A stretch of 32,000 nt of DNA from Wolbachia endosymbiont of Cimex lectularius. GTDB taxonomy: Bacteria; Pseudomonadota; Alphaproteobacteria; Rickettsiales; Anaplasmataceae. Under the pieces are notes generated by a model, which was not told the DNA's origin, searched no databases, and saw nothing but the letters and a program-made list of their open reading frames with translations. The stretch is from assembly GCF_000829315.1 (NCBI RefSeq), contig NZ_AP013028.1:180001-212000 (forward strand), read 5' to 3'. Below are positions 28,240 to 32,000 of this stretch, in pieces. The position numbers and the translations under genes are program-made. Within the stretch, counting starts at the first letter, position 1. Each line of letters starts with the position of its first letter.

Positions 28240-29117
28240 GCTTACCTAAGGTACGTGGAATCTATCGCTGTAATGTTTTGATGTCTAAAATGACGTGGTT
28301 GAATGTCGGTGGACAAGCTGATGTATTATTTAAACCACGTGATATTGAAGGTTTAACATGCTTGATTAAAGATACTGAATTGCCAATTAATGTTATCGGT
28401 GCAACATCCAACGTAATAGTGCGAGATAGTGGCATTCGAGGCATAACAGTGAAATTGGGTAAGGAGTTTGCGTATATTACATGTAAAGGTAGCAATTCTA
28501 TTGTTGCAGGTGCTGCTGCGCTACTTAGCAATCTCGCTTACTTTGCCGGGGAACAAAAAATTAGTGGACTTGAGTTTTTGGTTGGAATTCCAGGCACAGT
28601 TGGCGGTGGACTAGAAATGAATGCAGGTGCGTATGGTAGTGGTATAGCAAGTGTTGTACAATCGATAAAAGCAGTGAACTTAGAAGATGGAAATCTATAT
28701 GAACTCTCCAACGAAGAGATGGGTTATTTTTACCGTGGGCACAGCTTGAAGGGGCAGTGGATTTTCGTTGAAGCTGAATTTAAAGGAGTAAATTCAGAAT
28801 ATGAGGCTATATTGCGTAGGCTAAAGGAAATTATCGATAAAAAAAACAAAAGCCAACCAATAAGAGGGAAAACTGCTGGTTGCATATTCAAAAATCCAAA
28901 AGACTACCAGGCATGGGAATTGATTGATAAATCCGGCTGTCGAGGGTTAGATAACGGTGGAGCTAAAATTTCTAAGAAACATTGTAATTTTCTGCTCAAT
29001 TACAATAATGCAACTGCATCTGACTTGGAAAACCTTGGCAACAAGGTAAGAGATACAGTGAGAGATAAGTTTAACGTTGAGCTTGAGTGGGAAATAAGGG
29101 TCTTAGGTGGCTATTAG
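28230..29117 (+). CDS. murB: UDP-N-acetylenolpyruvoylglucosamine reductase
   Basis: TWLNVGGQADVLFKP, GLEFLVGIPGTVGGGLEMNAGAYG, GKTAGCIFKNP. Confidence 0.96.
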   Translation: MLISLPKVRGIYRCNVLMSKMTWLNVGGQADVLFKPRDIEGLTCLIKDTELPINVIGATSNVIVRDSGIRGITVKLGKEFAYITCKGSNSIVAGAAALLSNLAYFAGEQKISGLEFLVGIPGTVGGGLEMNAGAYGSGIASVVQSIKAVNLEDGNLYELSNEEMGYFYRGHSLKGQWIFVEAEFKGVNSEYEAILRRLKEIIDKKNKSQPIRGKTAGCIFKNPKDYQAWELIDKSGCRGLDNGGAKISKKHCNFLLNYNNATASDLENLGNKVRDTVRDKFNVELEWEIRVLGGY

Positions 29118-29401
29118 GCGGTTTTTACAGCTACTGTATTTCCCAGTTGTTCAACACTATCTATTATTCAGTTCTATGTTATTTTAGGTAAAAAGTCAAC
29201 CTTTTTCTTAATATATTAATAAAGAGAAAAACAGGAGTTAGATAAGCGAGAAAGACGCATATAAATATTTAAAAAATATAAATCTTGCCTGTGTTAATAG
29301 AATATGAAATCACCATTCATTACAAAGTTAGTAAAGATTCTGGTTTACTTAAAGTTCGTTAATTGTTATTTTTTAAAGTACAGTATTTACTATAGCGCCG
29401 T

Positions 29402-30028
29402 ATGCTTAGGATTTTTTCTGAAGTTTTGTTTATATTAATGTTTTTTGGTTTTAGTCTTTTTGTTTCACGTGATACTGAAGCTAAATCTAAGGTGAAACTT
29501 AGTAAGAAATATGTACCACAAGGTAATCCTGGCGGTACAAACTTTCATGAAGATGAGGATTTTGCTGAGTCATATAGACTATATGAAAAGCGCAGGGAAC
29601 TCCTAAAGAAAAAAAAGTTGCAAGGCCGAGCTAATGCTAACATAGACAAAGAAAGCCTAGCCAAGAAATTAAAAGAAAAAAAAATTGCTCTTCTTAGTAA
29701 TAAACCAAGTGACATGGAAGCTTGTATAGTCGAAGATGAAAAGGATGCTATGGTAAATCAGCATGGCATCAACATCACACGCTTGAAAGGAGCTGTATTC
29801 ATAGATCAAGCTCAATATGAAGGTGAGCAACTTGAAAGCAAACGACAGGAAGGAAAAAAGGCTACTACAATACGAGAGAAAAAAATCTCCCCTATAAATG
29901 TTACTATAAAAGATACTACATCAAAAAAAACATGCTCGCGTGATTCCATTGCCGATCTAAATAACGCGACGCAGCACAGCTTGAACGGTTCGAATTCATT
30001 TGGAAGTGTAGCTGATACAGCAAAATAG
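29402..30028 (+). CDS. hypothetical Lys-rich exported protein
   Basis: 208-aa ORF with N-terminal signal-like hydrophobic segment ending near VSRDTEAKS; rest is hydrophilic. Confidence 0.55.
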   Translation: MLRIFSEVLFILMFFGFSLFVSRDTEAKSKVKLSKKYVPQGNPGGTNFHEDEDFAESYRLYEKRRELLKKKKLQGRANANIDKESLAKKLKEKKIALLSNKPSDMEACIVEDEKDAMVNQHGINITRLKGAVFIDQAQYEGEQLESKRQEGKKATTIREKKISPINVTIKDTTSKKTCSRDSIADLNNATQHSLNGSNSFGSVADTAK

Positions 30029-30044
30029 GTTAGTCGTTAATGAC

Positions 30045-31319
30045 ATGTTGAATGAGGATTTGGTAGATTATAACTTGAGTGATGAACCCACCTCTCGACA
30101 TAAGACTCATACTGTAAAAGTTGGACAAGTGAAAATAGGTGGAAATAACCCTGTAGTTGTTCAATCCATGGCACTTGGTGTACACATAGATTCTGACGAC
30201 ATAAAAGGCAGTGCTAAGCAATATGCAAAAGAAGTAATGGAGTTAGCACATGCGGGTTCGGAGTTGGTGAGAATTGCTTTAAACTCAGAGGAAGTAGCAA
30301 AAGCAATACCTTATGTAGTAGAAGAGTTGAATGAAGAAGGCTTCGACGGTAAGATACTGGTAGGTTGTGGGCAATATGAGCTGGACAGGCTGGTTCAAGA
30401 TTATCCAGACAACATTAAGATGCTGGGTAAAATTAGGATGAATCCAGGTAATATAGGCTTTGGAGACAAACGTGATGAAAAATTTGAAAGGGTTATAGAG
30501 TATGCAATAAAGCACGACATTCCGATTAGAATTGGAGTAAATTGGGGCAGCCTTGATAAGTACCTTTCACAAAAACTAATGGATGAGAACTCCTTGTCTA
30601 GTAATCCAAAACCTTCTGATGTTGTATTGCGCAAGGCACTTGTAATGTCAGCTCTGAGCAGTGCACAGAAGGCTGAAGAAATTGGCCTCAGTGTGGATAA
30701 AATAATCATTTCGTGTAAGGTTAGTAGAGTGCAAGATTTAATCTCAGTTTACACAGCGCTTGCAAAATCCTCCAATTATGCTTTGCACTTGGGCTTAACT
30801 GAAGCTGGCATGGGCAACAAAGGCGTGATAAATACTACGGCAGGGCTTACTTACTTATTACAAAATGGTATTGGAGACACGATACGTGCTTCTTTAACTC
30901 AACGCCCTGGCGAATCACGAACTAACGAAGTGACAGTATGTCAAGAAATATTGCAGTCTATAGGTTTACGTCACTTTAATCCTCAAGTTAGCTCATGTCC
31001 CGGATGTGGGCGCACAAATAGCGATCGTTTTCGGGTATTAACTGAAGAAGTAAATGATTATATAAAAACTTGCATGCCGATCTGGAAGAAAAAAAATCCA
31101 GGTGTGGAGCATATGAGTATTGCTGTTATGGGATGCATCGTAAATGGTCCTGGAGAAAGTAAACACGCAAATTTGGGAATCAGCTTACCTGGATATGGAG
31201 AAAAGCCCGTTTCAGCAGTTTATAAAGACGGCAAATACTTTAAAACTTTACAAGGCAATAACATCTTTGGAGAATTTAAGGCAATTATTGATAATTATGT
31301 AAAGGAGCATTACACATAA
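30045..31319 (+). CDS. ispG: 4-hydroxy-3-methylbut-2-enyl diphosphate synthase (flavodoxin)
   Basis: [57 protein letters not shown]. Confidence 0.96.
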   Translation: MLNEDLVDYNLSDEPTSRHKTHTVKVGQVKIGGNNPVVVQSMALGVHIDSDDIKGSAKQYAKEVMELAHAGSELVRIALNSEEVAKAIPYVVEELNEEGFDGKILVGCGQYELDRLVQDYPDNIKMLGKIRMNPGNIGFGDKRDEKFERVIEYAIKHDIPIRIGVNWGSLDKYLSQKLMDENSLSSNPKPSDVVLRKALVMSALSSAQKAEEIGLSVDKIIISCKVSRVQDLISVYTALAKSSNYALHLGLTEAGMGNKGVINTTAGLTYLLQNGIGDTIRASLTQRPGESRTNEVTVCQEILQSIGLRHFNPQVSSCPGCGRTNSDRFRVLTEEVNDYIKTCMPIWKKKNPGVEHMSIAVMGCIVNGPGESKHANLGISLPGYGEKPVSAVYKDGKYFKTLQGNNIFGEFKAIIDNYVKEHYT

Positions 31320-31352
31320 CCATCCAAGGGCGTCATGCCAGCGCCTCCTTTT

Positions 31353-31640
31353 CTTGTCATCCCAGTGCTCCAGCACTGGGATCTAGCTTTTCCATAATCA
31401 TCAAAACGTCGTATTTTAACATAAAACAGCTACTTTTATACTCACCAACTTAATAAAATTCCTGGATGCCAGTGTCAAGCACTGGCATGACACCCTAGTG
31501 GTAGGCTCAAATCACAATGTTCGTACAGTTGTGCGTCACGCGCTGGAATGACACCCTCCTATGCAGTTCATAAATTGCAACTAGCTATAAGCGTTAAAAA
31601 ATTTACCAAGCGAAGAAAAAAGCAAAAGAAGCCCTGGTCA
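31353..31640. repeat. intergenic repeat, direct copy of 13506-13800
   Basis: See 13506-13800; contains a GATGCCAGTGTCAAGCACTGGCATGACACC hairpin-like segment. Confidence 0.85.
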
Positions 31641-31893
31641 CAGTCTATTTTAGTATTGGCGTTTTTATGCCTTAAACGCTGCAATTTAGCTGCTTTTAAA
31701 CGCAACTAGTCTAAGCTATAATATTTAAGAAATTTACCAAGTAGAAGAAAAAAACAATAAAACCCTGAGGTAGCTAGTTATTCCACTCTCTATTTTAAAA
31801 TCCGGCGTTGGGTGATGTTTTAAACTACTTATAAGCGCGTTTCAGCTTGTATGGGCAAAAACCCGAAGTTTTAAAAAGACATGCAGTGCACAG
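31621..31893. repeat. right arm of long inverted repeat (partner 22823-23097)
   Basis: Reverse complement match to 22823-23097 with scattered substitutions. Confidence 0.88.
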
Positions 31894-32000
31894 ATTGAGA
31901 GGTTAAACAAATAGCTTCAGTATCATTATAAGGGTAACGGCGAAGGTTGTCAAGTAATTTTTTTGTTTCATAGCATGTCAAAATTGGTTTGCTGTGCAAG

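Noticed and set aside
1-32000. CRISPR array
   Set aside because: Repeats present are long and dispersed or in pairs; no regularly spaced short repeats with unique spacers were seen.

Overview
The window looks like an alpha-proteobacterial endosymbiont of the Wolbachia type: AT-rich, with a typical gene complement, IS5-family elements and WO-style serine recombinase sequence. Most of it is conserved core genes: glyQ-glyS-uvrC, hemB, nuoJKLMN, birA, a ccmD-like ORF plus ccmE, an mlaFE-type ABC transporter, hemC-murB and ispG.

Two accessory patches interrupt the core.

(1) ~5.9-11.1 kb, between uvrC and hemB. All genes are on the minus strand and overlap tightly. They include a tail-accessory/DNA-stabilisation-like protein (P22 gp10-like), a 54-aa ORF missing from the supplied ORF track, two further small ORFs, two membrane proteins, and a truncated DUF1016/YhcG-type PDDEXK nuclease. 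Two IS5-family copies cut through this block.

(2) ~22.8-27.3 kb. This holds a decayed large serine recombinase (catalytic Ser replaced by Leu, plus a frameshift), an end-truncated IS copy, and a Fic protein with an in-frame nonsense codon. The region has 71-bp and 73-bp direct repeats and one arm of a ~270-bp inverted repeat whose partner is ~9 kb away.

Other items worth a look: an IS inserted exactly at the hemB stop codon; an A8/A9 homopolymer difference that separates one potentially functional transposase copy from three broken ones; and a palindromic repeat apparently inserted in frame inside birA. I found no CRISPR array and no convincing new complete system. The compact phage-like operon remnant is the best candidate for a previously undescribed locus.
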